This document shows positions 9,453 through 18,599 of a stretch of DNA of 64,000 nucleotides, in pieces; position 1 is the stretch's first letter, and each line of letters starts with the position of its first letter. Under the pieces are notes generated by a model that did no database searches, was not told where the DNA came from, and saw only the letters and a list, made by a program, of their open reading frames with translations. This DNA comes from Spirochaetota bacterium. Its GTDB lineage: Bacteria; Spirochaetota; GWE2-31-10; MWDO01. A program made the position numbers and the translations under genes. The stretch lies in NCBI GenBank assembly GCA_031549085.1, contig JAVBQL010000002.1, positions 46,855 to 110,854 of the forward strand. Direction: 5' to 3'.

Positions 9453-10631
9453 TTATACCTCATATTCAACCACTTGATCGTTTGCCTTTATTGTAAGTCT
9501 ATTTTTATCCGCCTTCTCTGTATAGCCAACAACCTTTGCCTCTACACCAAATCTTTTTGCAATATCTATAATATCAAGCCCACTCTTTTCATCTGTGTAT
9601 ACCTCAAGCCTATGCCCCATATTAAACACACTATATGCCTCTCGTAGGGTCGTCTCTGTAGATGAGAGTATAAGATTGAATAGAGGCGGAATATCAAAGA
9701 GATTATCCTTTACAAAGTGAATACCTTCAGAGAATTTCAATGACTTTGTTTGACCTCCACCAGAACAGTGAATAATGCCGCCTATCTTATCTCGGTGAGT
9801 CTCAAAAACTTCCTTCATTATAGGAAGATATGTCCTTGTTGGAGACAATATCGCACTTCCTATATCAATTGGCATTGTATCAATTTTATCGGTTACCAAA
9901 TACTTTCCACTATATACAAGTTTATCATCAATTGATGAGTCAAACGATTCTGGATACTTCTCTTTATAGACCTTTGAAAGAAGATCATGTCTTGCAGAGG
10001 TTAGACCATTAGAGCCTATGCCGCTATTATATTTCTCTTCATATATTGTCTTTCCATAAGATGAGAGACCAACTATCACCATACCTGGTTCTATATTTTT
10101 ATTATCAATTATATCACTTCTCTTTGCTCTTGCTATGGCTGTTGTATCAACAATCAATGTTCTAACCAAATCTCCAACATCGGCAGTCTCACCACCTGTT
10201 AGAACAATATTTGCTCCAAATTTTTTAAATTCATTGCATATCTCTTCTGTTGATTCTATGATAGTTTTTATGACCTCTTTTGGAATTAGCTTCTGATTTC
10301 TTCCTATTGTTGATGATATCAAGATATTATCAACAACCCCAACACATAGAAGATCATCAGTGTTCATAACAATGGAGTCCATCGCTATTCCTTTGAATAC
10401 TGATAGGTCCCCAGTCTCTCTATAATAGATGTATGCAAGCGATGATTTTGTCCCTGCCCCATCACTATGCATCACATTGCAATATTTGTCATCATTTGCA
10501 ATCAAATCTGGGACAATCTTACAGAAAGCTGTTGGAAAGATCCCTCTATCAAGCTTTGATATTGCGTTGTGTACATCCTCTTTTTTTGAGCTTACACCCC
10601 TTAGTGAATATCTATCCATAATATTCTCCAT
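9453..10631 (-). CDS. purM: AIR synthase (PurM superfamily, long ~390 aa type)
   Basis: RGVSSKKEDVHNAI, HSDGAGTKSSLAY, GGETADVGDLVRT and HCSGGGQTK blocks are typical of the long PurM form as I recall it from Bacteroidetes. Recalled similarity, not a search. Confidence 0.7.
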   Translation of the reverse strand: MENIMDRYSLRGVSSKKEDVHNAISKLDRGIFPTAFCKIVPDLIANDDKYCNVMHSDGAGTKSSLAYIYYRETGDLSVFKGIAMDSIVMNTDDLLCVGVVDNILISSTIGRNQKLIPKEVIKTIIESTEEICNEFKKFGANIVLTGGETADVGDLVRTLIVDTTAIARAKRSDIIDNKNIEPGMVIVGLSSYGKTIYEEKYNSGIGSNGLTSARHDLLSKVYKEKYPESFDSSIDDKLVYSGKYLVTDKIDTMPIDIGSAILSPTRTYLPIMKEVFETHRDKIGGIIHCSGGGQTKSLKFSEGIHFVKDNLFDIPPLFNLILSSTETTLREAYSVFNMGHRLEVYTDEKSGLDIIDIAKRFGVEAKVVGYTEKADKNRLTIKANDQVVEYEV

Positions 10632-10876
10632 ATTTTTTTTATCTGTTTTTCCGCTTATCTCAATTTATAGTAAAAAATAAATCTATTTTAATATTCAATA
10701 ATATAGATCAAAATTGCTATGCTTTTTTATACAAAAATATAGCTCTTTTGTCAAAGTAACTTTACTATATGCAGAGAGTGAATAGCAGCCTTTTTATCAT
10801 AGCGAAAAGACTTGACATTTCTTATAAAAAGTATGAAATTTAGTTATCAAGCAATTATAGATGGATTTTAAAAAAA

Positions 10877-12259
10877 ATGAACAATAAAGATTGGATGCCA
10901 GATATCTCTAAAATTAGAGATTTGGCAGAGACAAAAATAAAAAATATCAATGAATTCAATGAAATTTTAAATAGATCACTTCTACTTAAAGGGCTAAATA
11001 TAGATGATGTTGCAAAGCTTCTTAATATAGAAGATAAGCTTCTAATAGATAAAATTCTAGAGGCAGCTGCAATTGTCAAAGAGAGAATATATGGTAAGAG
11101 AGTTGTACTCTTTGCTCCCCTCTACACGGGCAATGTTTGTTCAAACAACTGTCTCTACTGTGCCTTTCGTGCAGAAAATACTCTAATAAAGAGAGTGATT
11201 CTCTCAATGGATGAGATTGAGAACGAAACAAGGGCTCTATTGAGGGAGGGACATAAAAGGATTCTACTAATATGCGGTGAAACTAATAGAAATGATATAA
11301 ATTATCTAACTGAAGCAATTGAGAGATGCTACAAAGTAAAAGAGGGCAAAGATTATGTCCGCCGTATAAATGTAGAGGTTGCCCCTATGGAGGCAGATGA
11401 TTTTGCGAAGTTAAAAAAGGCTAAAATAGGTACATATGTCTGCTTTCAAGAGACATATGATAAAGATCTATATGCGAAGTATCACCCAACAGGCAAAAAA
11501 TCTGACTATCTCTACCGTGTGAATGTTATGCATCGTGCTATGGAGGGAGGCATTGATGATGTTGGAATTGGTGTACTCTTTGGGCTTGCTGACTATCGAT
11601 TTGAAGTTCTATCAATGTTTGCCCATGCAGAGGAGCTTGAGAGGGCTTATGGCTGCGGACCACATACAATTAGCGTCCCACGCATTGAGAGGGCTGATGG
11701 CGTTCCATTCACAGAGAATATTCCATATCCGGTCTCTGATGATGACTTCAAAAAGATTGTTGCTGTTATAAGACTCGCTGTTCCATACACAGGAATAATT
11801 CTCTCCTCAAGAGAGAGCACTGAAATGAGAAATGAACTATTCAAGTATGGTGTAAGTCAAGCATCAGGCGGAGCAAAAACAAATCCGGGTGGGTACACAG
11901 ATAGCAGCGCAGGAAGGCAATTCTCTCAAGGAGATATTAGAACTCTTGATGAGGTAATCTCTTCTTTAGTAGATGCAAAATTTATTCCATCTTTCTGTAC
12001 AGGCTGTTACAGAAATGGGCGTGTTGGACACGATTTTATGGATTTGGCGAAGCCGGGGCTTATTCAAGAGTATTGTCTGCCAAATGGAGTATTCACTTTT
12101 CAAGAGTATTTAGAGGACTTTGCTTCAGAAAAGACAAAAGAGAAGGGTATTAAACTTGTAGAAGAGATTATAAAAGAGACTAGCAATGAAAACACAAAAA
12201 AAACTATGAGTGAGTATATCAAAAAAATTAAGAATGGGGAGAGAGATCTCTATTTATAA
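10877..12259 (+). CDS. hydG: [FeFe]-hydrogenase maturase HydG (radical SAM tyrosine lyase)
   Basis: N-terminal CX3CX2C (CSNNCLYCAF) plus the C-terminal CX2CX22C signature (FCTGCYRNGRVGHDFMDLAKPGLIQEYC). That signature and the 460-aa length separate HydG from ThiH. Confidence 0.8.
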   Translation: MNNKDWMPDISKIRDLAETKIKNINEFNEILNRSLLLKGLNIDDVAKLLNIEDKLLIDKILEAAAIVKERIYGKRVVLFAPLYTGNVCSNNCLYCAFRAENTLIKRVILSMDEIENETRALLREGHKRILLICGETNRNDINYLTEAIERCYKVKEGKDYVRRINVEVAPMEADDFAKLKKAKIGTYVCFQETYDKDLYAKYHPTGKKSDYLYRVNVMHRAMEGGIDDVGIGVLFGLADYRFEVLSMFAHAEELERAYGCGPHTISVPRIERADGVPFTENIPYPVSDDDFKKIVAVIRLAVPYTGIILSSRESTEMRNELFKYGVSQASGGAKTNPGGYTDSSAGRQFSQGDIRTLDEVISSLVDAKFIPSFCTGCYRNGRVGHDFMDLAKPGLIQEYCLPNGVFTFQEYLEDFASEKTKEKGIKLVEEIIKETSNENTKKTMSEYIKKIKNGERDLYL

Positions 12260-12380
12260 TAATTCTTATAATTTCAAATAGATATATCAAAATATATTTA
12301 CTACATTTTCCTTGAATTTTTGAAAAAAAATACTATAAACAAGTATAGATAAAACAAATAATTAAATTACGAAAAAAGAT

Positions 12381-13685
12381 GTGAATTTTATAAAGAGTCT
12401 AATTGATAAGTATATAAAAAATTCTGATTTTACAAGAAACTCTCTAATCTTGATGATTGGTACAATAGTTGCTCAAGTAATCTCTTTGATAGCTGCTCCT
12501 ATTCTCTCAAGAATATATACACCAGAGCAATATGGAATATTGGGAATCTTCAATTCAATAAGCTCTCTTTTAAATAGTATTCTAATATTTGGTTTTAATT
12601 CAGCAATAGTCCTTGCTCCAACAAAAAAGAGAAGACTTAATATAGTAGCCCTTAATTTTATTATTGCGATATCAAATTTCATAATATTATCCATAATTTT
12701 CATATTTATAAGCAATCCAATATCAATATTATACAAAAGAAGTGAGCTCTCATTTTTTCTATATTTTGTTCCATTAGAGTCCTTCCTATTTTGCTCTCTA
12801 GCCATACTGACCTCCTATACAAATAAGATTAAGAGATATAGATCTCTATCAACAGCAAAGATTATGCAGGCCTCAACAAACACACTCTCAAATATAGGCT
12901 TTGGTCTTCTAAAATTTGGTACAATAGGGCTGATTTTGGGAGGTTTTTTTGGTTATATCATCTCAATAATCAAACTTCTGCCAAAGCTAGTAGGAGAGCT
13001 TATAAAAAATAGAAGATATATAACAAAAAATACAATGATAGGAGAAGCAAAAAAGTATAGAAGCATTGCATTCACAACCTCTTTTAACTCTCTCTCCACA
13101 ATATTGAAAGATGTTCTCTTTATCTATCTAATCTCATTTTTCTTTGATACAAAAACAATTGGTCTCTACTCATTTGCATATAGAATTATGGCGCTTCCAA
13201 TAACAATAATAGCAACAACACTCCAGCACACATTCTATCAAAAAATAACAGAGATATTTTCTACAACAGGAAATATCAGACCAATGACATCAAAACTTAT
13301 AAGCAGAATGGCAATGTTCTCATTTCCATTTTTTCTAATTATCTTTCTGCTTGCCCCGCAAATATTTAGCTTTATCTTTGGTTTAAACTGGTATCAAGCA
13401 GGGATCTACTCCAGAGCATTGGCACCATACCTCTTCTCATATTTCATCTTTATGCCAATAGCAGTTACCCCCATAGTTGTAAGAAAAGAGAAAAAATATC
13501 TCCTCTTGGTACAGATTAACAATATATTGATGATAGTCTCTGTTCTATTTGGAGGAATAATCAAAAAAGATTTCTTATATACCTGCTACTTCCTCTCAAC
13601 TGTCAATGCAGCATTCTTAATATTTATAGTAGCATGGATCTATAAAATTTCAAAAATCAAAGGCAAAAATTATATAGATAGTTGA
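12381..13685 (+). CDS. polysaccharide flippase (Wzx / MOP superfamily-like)
   Basis: 434 aa with about 12 or more hydrophobic helices throughout. GTG start. The N-terminal pattern IGTIVAQVISLIAAPILSRIYTPEQYG is typical of O-unit flippases. Confidence 0.7.
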   Translation: MNFIKSLIDKYIKNSDFTRNSLILMIGTIVAQVISLIAAPILSRIYTPEQYGILGIFNSISSLLNSILIFGFNSAIVLAPTKKRRLNIVALNFIIAISNFIILSIIFIFISNPISILYKRSELSFFLYFVPLESFLFCSLAILTSYTNKIKRYRSLSTAKIMQASTNTLSNIGFGLLKFGTIGLILGGFFGYIISIIKLLPKLVGELIKNRRYITKNTMIGEAKKYRSIAFTTSFNSLSTILKDVLFIYLISFFFDTKTIGLYSFAYRIMALPITIIATTLQHTFYQKITEIFSTTGNIRPMTSKLISRMAMFSFPFFLIIFLLAPQIFSFIFGLNWYQAGIYSRALAPYLFSYFIFMPIAVTPIVVRKEKKYLLLVQINNILMIVSVLFGGIIKKDFLYTCYFLSTVNAAFLIFIVAWIYKISKIKGKNYIDS

Positions 13686-13771
13686 AAAGCCCAATTAAAA
13701 ATATAGTACAAATTTTTGACAAATAACAGATCTTGTTTTATAAATAGAGAAAAATAGATTAAGGATAAAAT

Positions 13772-14830
13772 ATGAAAAAGATAGTTTTATCTATTCTTAT
13801 AATTGTGTCACTCTTCTCTTGTATAAATAGAGTCGAAAAAAAGGGACTTCCAACAGATAAGTTTAAATACTCTGAAGAGCTAAAAAAAACCATGAAGACA
13901 CTGGAAACAATAAGCAAACTGACCTCTCTCGAAAAAGGGATCCCATTGGTGGAGACAAAAGACTTTGTTGTAACAAATAAATATGTAATCCCTTTTTTAT
14001 ATTCACAAATGCTTGCACAATCGATACCAATAGATGAGTACTCAAAAAAGCAGATTGAATCTATCCTTGTGTACACGGCAAAAGATAGGGCATTAAACCA
14101 GATACTATATGAAGAGGCTCTTGAAAAGGGAGTTGAGGTAAACACAGTAGATATAATGACCATAATGGAGAGATTTACAGATGGAGCAGCAATCAGCGAA
14201 TTTAAAATCACTTTAGAGAAGAGCCCATTTACATATGAATTTGTTTTTGAAGATGCAACAAGGATTGCAACGATAGAAAAATATAAAGACCTATATATAA
14301 TAAATAAGGTAACTGTTGATGAAGATGAGGCAAAGAAATATTACAAAGATAATATAGCTGTCCGCCTTAGAAACCCTAAAGTTGTTGTTAGACATATACT
14401 CTTTAGTACAAATGGATTAAATGAGACAGACAAAGAGAAGCAGAAAGAGAAACTAAACAAGCTTCGTCAAGAGATTATAAAGGGAGCTGACTTTGCGAAG
14501 TATGCTATGGAGTACTCCGATGACATCGCAAGCAATCGTGCTGGCGGGCTTATGGGTGAATATATAGAAAAAAACCAAATTATGGACAATTTTGATAAGG
14601 TCGTTTTTAATACAAAAGAGGGTGAGATAACCGAGGTTTTTGAGACTGAATTTGGATATCACATTGCAAAGGTTGAAAAGATACAGTATGACAAAGAGTT
14701 TAAATATGAAGAGGTAAAAGATGAGATATACAACTATATAAAACTCGAAAAAGAGCTTGAAGCAATGGATTATGAGATTGAGAGGGTAAAGAAAAAATAT
14801 CAATTTAAAATATTAGTAGAGGGGTTTTAG
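13772..14830 (+). CDS. PpiC/parvulin-type peptidyl-prolyl isomerase lipoprotein (PrsA/SurA-like)
   Basis: Lipoprotein signal LIIVSLFSC. Parvulin domain: VRHILF...AMEYSDD..SNRAGGLMG...FGYHIAKVEK. Confidence 0.8.
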   Translation: MKKIVLSILIIVSLFSCINRVEKKGLPTDKFKYSEELKKTMKTLETISKLTSLEKGIPLVETKDFVVTNKYVIPFLYSQMLAQSIPIDEYSKKQIESILVYTAKDRALNQILYEEALEKGVEVNTVDIMTIMERFTDGAAISEFKITLEKSPFTYEFVFEDATRIATIEKYKDLYIINKVTVDEDEAKKYYKDNIAVRLRNPKVVVRHILFSTNGLNETDKEKQKEKLNKLRQEIIKGADFAKYAMEYSDDIASNRAGGLMGEYIEKNQIMDNFDKVVFNTKEGEITEVFETEFGYHIAKVEKIQYDKEFKYEEVKDEIYNYIKLEKELEAMDYEIERVKKKYQFKILVEGF

Positions 14831-14833
14831 AAG

Positions 14834-15006
14834 TTTTTCTACCACTCTCCCCTAACCCCTCTCTCCTACATAGGAGAGAGGGGAAAAATAGAGAGGAAAT
14901 TCTATTTTTAGAGATTTTAGTGTAAATAACATGGCTTAAAGGAGTATATAAGTTGATTTTATTATGCAAAGCAAGATAAAATCTTTGTTATATACTCCTT
15001 TAAGCC
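14834..15006 (+). repeat. bipartite hairpin repeat element, copy B
   Basis: Starts 4 nt after the PPIase stop. TTTTTCTACCACTCTCCCC box, then a perfect 12-bp hairpin CCCCTCTCTCCT-acat-AGGAGAGAGGGG. A long hairpin follows, with arms GGCTTAAAGGAGTATATA / TATATACTCCTTTAAGCC around the core AAGTTGATTTTATTATGCAAAGCAAGATAAAATCTTTGT. Confidence 0.75.
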
Positions 15007-15091
15007 TGCTTCTTTATTCTATAAAAGCTAATATCAATAAATTATTATTGTTGAAATATATCTATACAAATATTTTTTAAGGAATACTATT

Positions 15092-17911
15092 TTGTTTTTA
15101 AAGAAGATAACACTGAACGGATTCAAATCATTTTGTGATGAGACTGAACTTGAACTGACTGATGGAATTGCTGCTATTGTTGGACCAAATGGCTGTGGTA
15201 AATCTAATATTGTTGATGCTATAAAGTGGGTTATAGGTGAACAGAAGACCAAATCCCTTCGAGCAAACAGCATGACTGATGTTATTTTTAAGGGAACAGA
15301 CACAAAAAAACCTTTAGGAAGAGCAAGTGTAACGCTAACAATAAAGAATGATAACAATGTTCTCCCCCTTGCATTTGGCGAGGTTGAGGTTTCACGCGTA
15401 ATATATGCCAATGGCGAAAATGAATATATAATCAACAAAGAGAAGGTTAGACTTAAAGATGTGCATGAGCTCTTCTTCGATACAGGCTTTGGCAAGATTG
15501 CCTACTCCGTTATGGAGCAGGGGAAAATTGACCTCATCCTCTCAACAAAAGCAGAGGACAGACGCTATATTATAGAAGAGGCGGCTGGAATTACCAAATA
15601 TAAGACAAAGAGAGATGAGTCAAACGCAAAGCTCAACCTCGCAACCGAAAACACATTAAGAGTTAGAGATATAATAAAAGAGGTTGAGGGACAATACAAC
15701 AGCATGAAGGAGCAGGCAGAGAGTGCAATGCTCTGGGTTGCTCTACGTGATAGGGAGATTGAGCTTGAGATTGAGCTTAATCTTAAGAGAGTAAAAAACT
15801 TAAAGAATGAGCAGAGAGGTTTAATAGAATCACTTGAAAAACTTGACAAAGAACTGTCTGAAATAAAAGCAAAGCAAGAAGAGCATAGCTTTGATATAGA
15901 AAAAAAGATGGTCTATATTTCAAGCCTCGAGACAAAAAAGATTGATACTCAAAGAGAGGTTTTTCAGCTTGAGAGTGATATAAAAATAAACTCTTCAGAA
16001 CTATCACACCTAAAAGATCTTCTTGCAACAACAGTAAGCTCACTTAAGCAGGATGAGGATAAACTAAAGATAGTAGAGCAAAAGATATTCTCAATAAATG
16101 ATGAGATTGAAGATATCGAAGATAGAAAGCTCGATTTTGATGATAAGATATTAAACCTTATGAAAGAGAGCGAATTTTATACAAAATCTATCTCAAACAT
16201 AGAAAAAGAGACAGAGGAGCTACAAACTTCGATAGCAGATCTTAAAAACAGTATATCAGAATCAAACAACAGGCTTGAGGATCTGCGCCATGAACATAGA
16301 AATGTTACAGATGAGCTTATTGATAAGATTGACCTCTCACTTGATACGATTGATGTAAATGCTGACTCTATAATAAAGATAAAAAAAGAGCTCTCAGAGG
16401 ATACTGTGAAACTGCTTGAGACACTGCCAAAAGATAGAGCCTTTATAATGGATATATTGAAGATAGGTGAAATTTCAACAGATTCAAAAGAGCTTATCAC
16501 TATGCTTAAAGACTTTTTTGATAAGCTGCTCAAATTTGAAGAGAGTTTTAAAAATATCAGTGATAATATAAATAAGTATATAGATATAACAGAGATCTTT
16601 CTTGATGATATATTTAATCCAAAAGGTATACTTCAGCAGAAGAGAGCTATTGAGCATCAAATGGGTGAGCTAACCATAAATATAAAAAAATTCTCTTATC
16701 AAAGTGAAGAGGCACAAAAGAAGATTGTTGAAAACCAAGAGAAAAAAGAGAAACACAAGGAGCTTTTGGGTGAGATAAAGATCAACCTCTCTACAATCCT
16801 TGAAAAAAAGAACTCTATTGATAAAGAGATAAATAGAATTATCTCCCTCAAAAATAGTTTTGATCTAAACAGAGATGAACTTTCACAAAAAATAGAATTC
16901 TCTATTAGAAAGAGAGAGGAATTTACAGAAAAGATAGCCTCCATTGAGGAAAAAACATTAACTCTCAAAGAGAAAAAGAGCGAAATGGATACACTTCTAA
17001 AAGAGCTAGACACCAATATACAATCTGAAAATTCAAATTTGTCAGAGTTCACAAAAAATATGAGAGAAATACAAAGTAAGATTGATGAAAAGCAGGAGAA
17101 GATCGAAACTTTAGCAATAAAAAACACTGAAGTAAAAACTACGATAAGAAATATTACCGACTCATTTTATGAAAACTTCTCTATTGACTTAGAAGAGGAG
17201 GAGAAAAAAGGAAAAGAGAATAGGACTCACAGTGAAGAAGAAAAAGAGAGAGACTATGAGGATATACGAAAAGAGCTTTTAAGCATAAAAGGGAAAAAAT
17301 CGAGCCTTGGGAATGTCAATCTTGCTGCCATTGAGGAGGTAAAAAACCTTGAGGCAAGATACAAACTTCTTACAGAGCAGCTTGATGACCTTGAGAGGGC
17401 AAAAAATGATATTCTACAGATGGTAGATGAGATAAACCGTGTCTCTAAAGAGCTCTTTGTTGAGGCTTTTGAAAAGATAAAGATAAACTTCGAAAAGATA
17501 TTCAAAAAACTTTTTGGTGGAGGAACTGCTGAAATATTTTTAACAGACTCCGATAATGTATTGGAGAGTGGTATTGAGATTATGGTTCACCCTCCCGGAC
17601 AAAAGGTTCAAAGCATTACCCTTCTCTCCGGAGGACAGAGAACTATGATTGCGATATCACTTATGTTTGCAACATTCTTGGTAAAGCCATCACCGTTTTG
17701 TATACTTGACGAGATAGATGCTGCACTTGATGAGGAAAATGTTACAAGATTCATCAAACTTCTTGATGAATTTAAGACTAGAAGTCAGTTTGTAATGATT
17801 ACTCACAACCGCAAGACTATGCTCTCTGCCAATGTTATGTATGGTGTTACCCAGGAGGAGAAGGGGGTATCTAAAATTGTTTCTGCAAAATTTGAAAAAG
17901 ATAACGAATAG
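15092..17911 (+). CDS. smc: chromosome segregation ATPase SMC
   Basis: Walker A GPNGCGKSN, long coiled-coil middle, signature LSGGQRT and Walker B FCILDEIDAALD. TTG start. Confidence 0.95.
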   Translation: MFLKKITLNGFKSFCDETELELTDGIAAIVGPNGCGKSNIVDAIKWVIGEQKTKSLRANSMTDVIFKGTDTKKPLGRASVTLTIKNDNNVLPLAFGEVEVSRVIYANGENEYIINKEKVRLKDVHELFFDTGFGKIAYSVMEQGKIDLILSTKAEDRRYIIEEAAGITKYKTKRDESNAKLNLATENTLRVRDIIKEVEGQYNSMKEQAESAMLWVALRDREIELEIELNLKRVKNLKNEQRGLIESLEKLDKELSEIKAKQEEHSFDIEKKMVYISSLETKKIDTQREVFQLESDIKINSSELSHLKDLLATTVSSLKQDEDKLKIVEQKIFSINDEIEDIEDRKLDFDDKILNLMKESEFYTKSISNIEKETEELQTSIADLKNSISESNNRLEDLRHEHRNVTDELIDKIDLSLDTIDVNADSIIKIKKELSEDTVKLLETLPKDRAFIMDILKIGEISTDSKELITMLKDFFDKLLKFEESFKNISDNINKYIDITEIFLDDIFNPKGILQQKRAIEHQMGELTINIKKFSYQSEEAQKKIVENQEKKEKHKELLGEIKINLSTILEKKNSIDKEINRIISLKNSFDLNRDELSQKIEFSIRKREEFTEKIASIEEKTLTLKEKKSEMDTLLKELDTNIQSENSNLSEFTKNMREIQSKIDEKQEKIETLAIKNTEVKTTIRNITDSFYENFSIDLEEEEKKGKENRTHSEEEKERDYEDIRKELLSIKGKKSSLGNVNLAAIEEVKNLEARYKLLTEQLDDLERAKNDILQMVDEINRVSKELFVEAFEKIKINFEKIFKKLFGGGTAEIFLTDSDNVLESGIEIMVHPPGQKVQSITLLSGGQRTMIAISLMFATFLVKPSPFCILDEIDAALDEENVTRFIKLLDEFKTRSQFVMITHNRKTMLSANVMYGVTQEEKGVSKIVSAKFEKDNE

Positions 17912-17960
17912 GATATTAATTGAAGTTGAGGATATTTTTAATTTCTATTTTAAAGAGGTT

Positions 17961-18317
17961 ATGATTGGCCTCTCTTTAGTTGGGGCAATAATATTAGTAA
18001 TTGTTGTCTTCATATCTATTTTTGCTGCAAAGTGCTCAATGGACAAATCAACTCTTCCAAAGCGTGCAATGGCAGTCTCTTCAAACAATATGGAGAGTAA
18101 GAGAAGAGCAAAGCTTGACATACTATTAGAAAACAGCTTTCTATACCCAAAGGCTGATGGAATTGATCTATCCGACCAATATATTGATTTCTCTCCCACA
18201 AAAAAGCTAAAAGAGATTTCATATGCTCCAATAACAAAAGAGTATGATAAACTTTTTCAAGCCTCACTAGATGACTCTCTATCATTTGACTTTGAGAGAA
18301 AAAAGAGAGGAAGATAG
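17961..18317 (+). CDS. small single-pass membrane protein
   Basis: The internal ATG at 17961 has an AAAGAGG RBS. One TM helix (IGLSLVGAIILVIVVFISIFAA) precedes a polar tail. The 5' part of track ORF 17832.. overlaps the smc end and was trimmed. Confidence 0.45.
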   Translation: MIGLSLVGAIILVIVVFISIFAAKCSMDKSTLPKRAMAVSSNNMESKRRAKLDILLENSFLYPKADGIDLSDQYIDFSPTKKLKEISYAPITKEYDKLFQASLDDSLSFDFERKKRGR

Positions 18318-18599
18318 CTCTAGTCAAATAAAAAAAGTAAAAAAAAATTCTGCTTCTTGTAAAACTAGATAAGTTAAGTAGTCTTTAAATATTCATTAGT
18401 TTATTTAATTTGTTAAGATATCAAAAAAAGAGAGAGTTTTTTTTAAGAATTTTAATATCTATTTTTTATTAACCCCAAAAAAAAGCTAAAACAAATTTTA
18501 TTTCTTCCGATACTTAAAAAGTATGATAGGCTTTTTCAAGCTTCACGAAGGAAAAGCCGCTATCATTTGACTTTTAGAAAAGAAGAGGGGGGAGATAAG

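Noticed and set aside
10806-10845. TTGACA box upstream of hydG as a promoter
   Set aside because: No acceptable -10 hexamer lies at 16-18 nt spacing (TATGAA at 14 nt, GAAATT at 17 nt), so I do not report it as a feature.
13759-17505. Multiple minus-strand ORFs (13759..14211, 14453..14803, 15034..15495, 15565..16043, 16177..16533, 16699..17127, 17254..17505)
   Set aside because: All are antisense to the well-supported PPIase and smc genes. They are Ser/Phe/Ile-rich shadows of the Lys/Glu-rich coiled-coil coding sequence.
17832-17960. 5' extension of ORF 17832..18317 overlapping the end of smc
   Set aside because: The extension (MLCMVLPRRRRGYLKL...) is out of frame within smc and has no RBS. 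The internal ATG at 17961 has an AAAGAGG RBS and starts directly with a TM helix.
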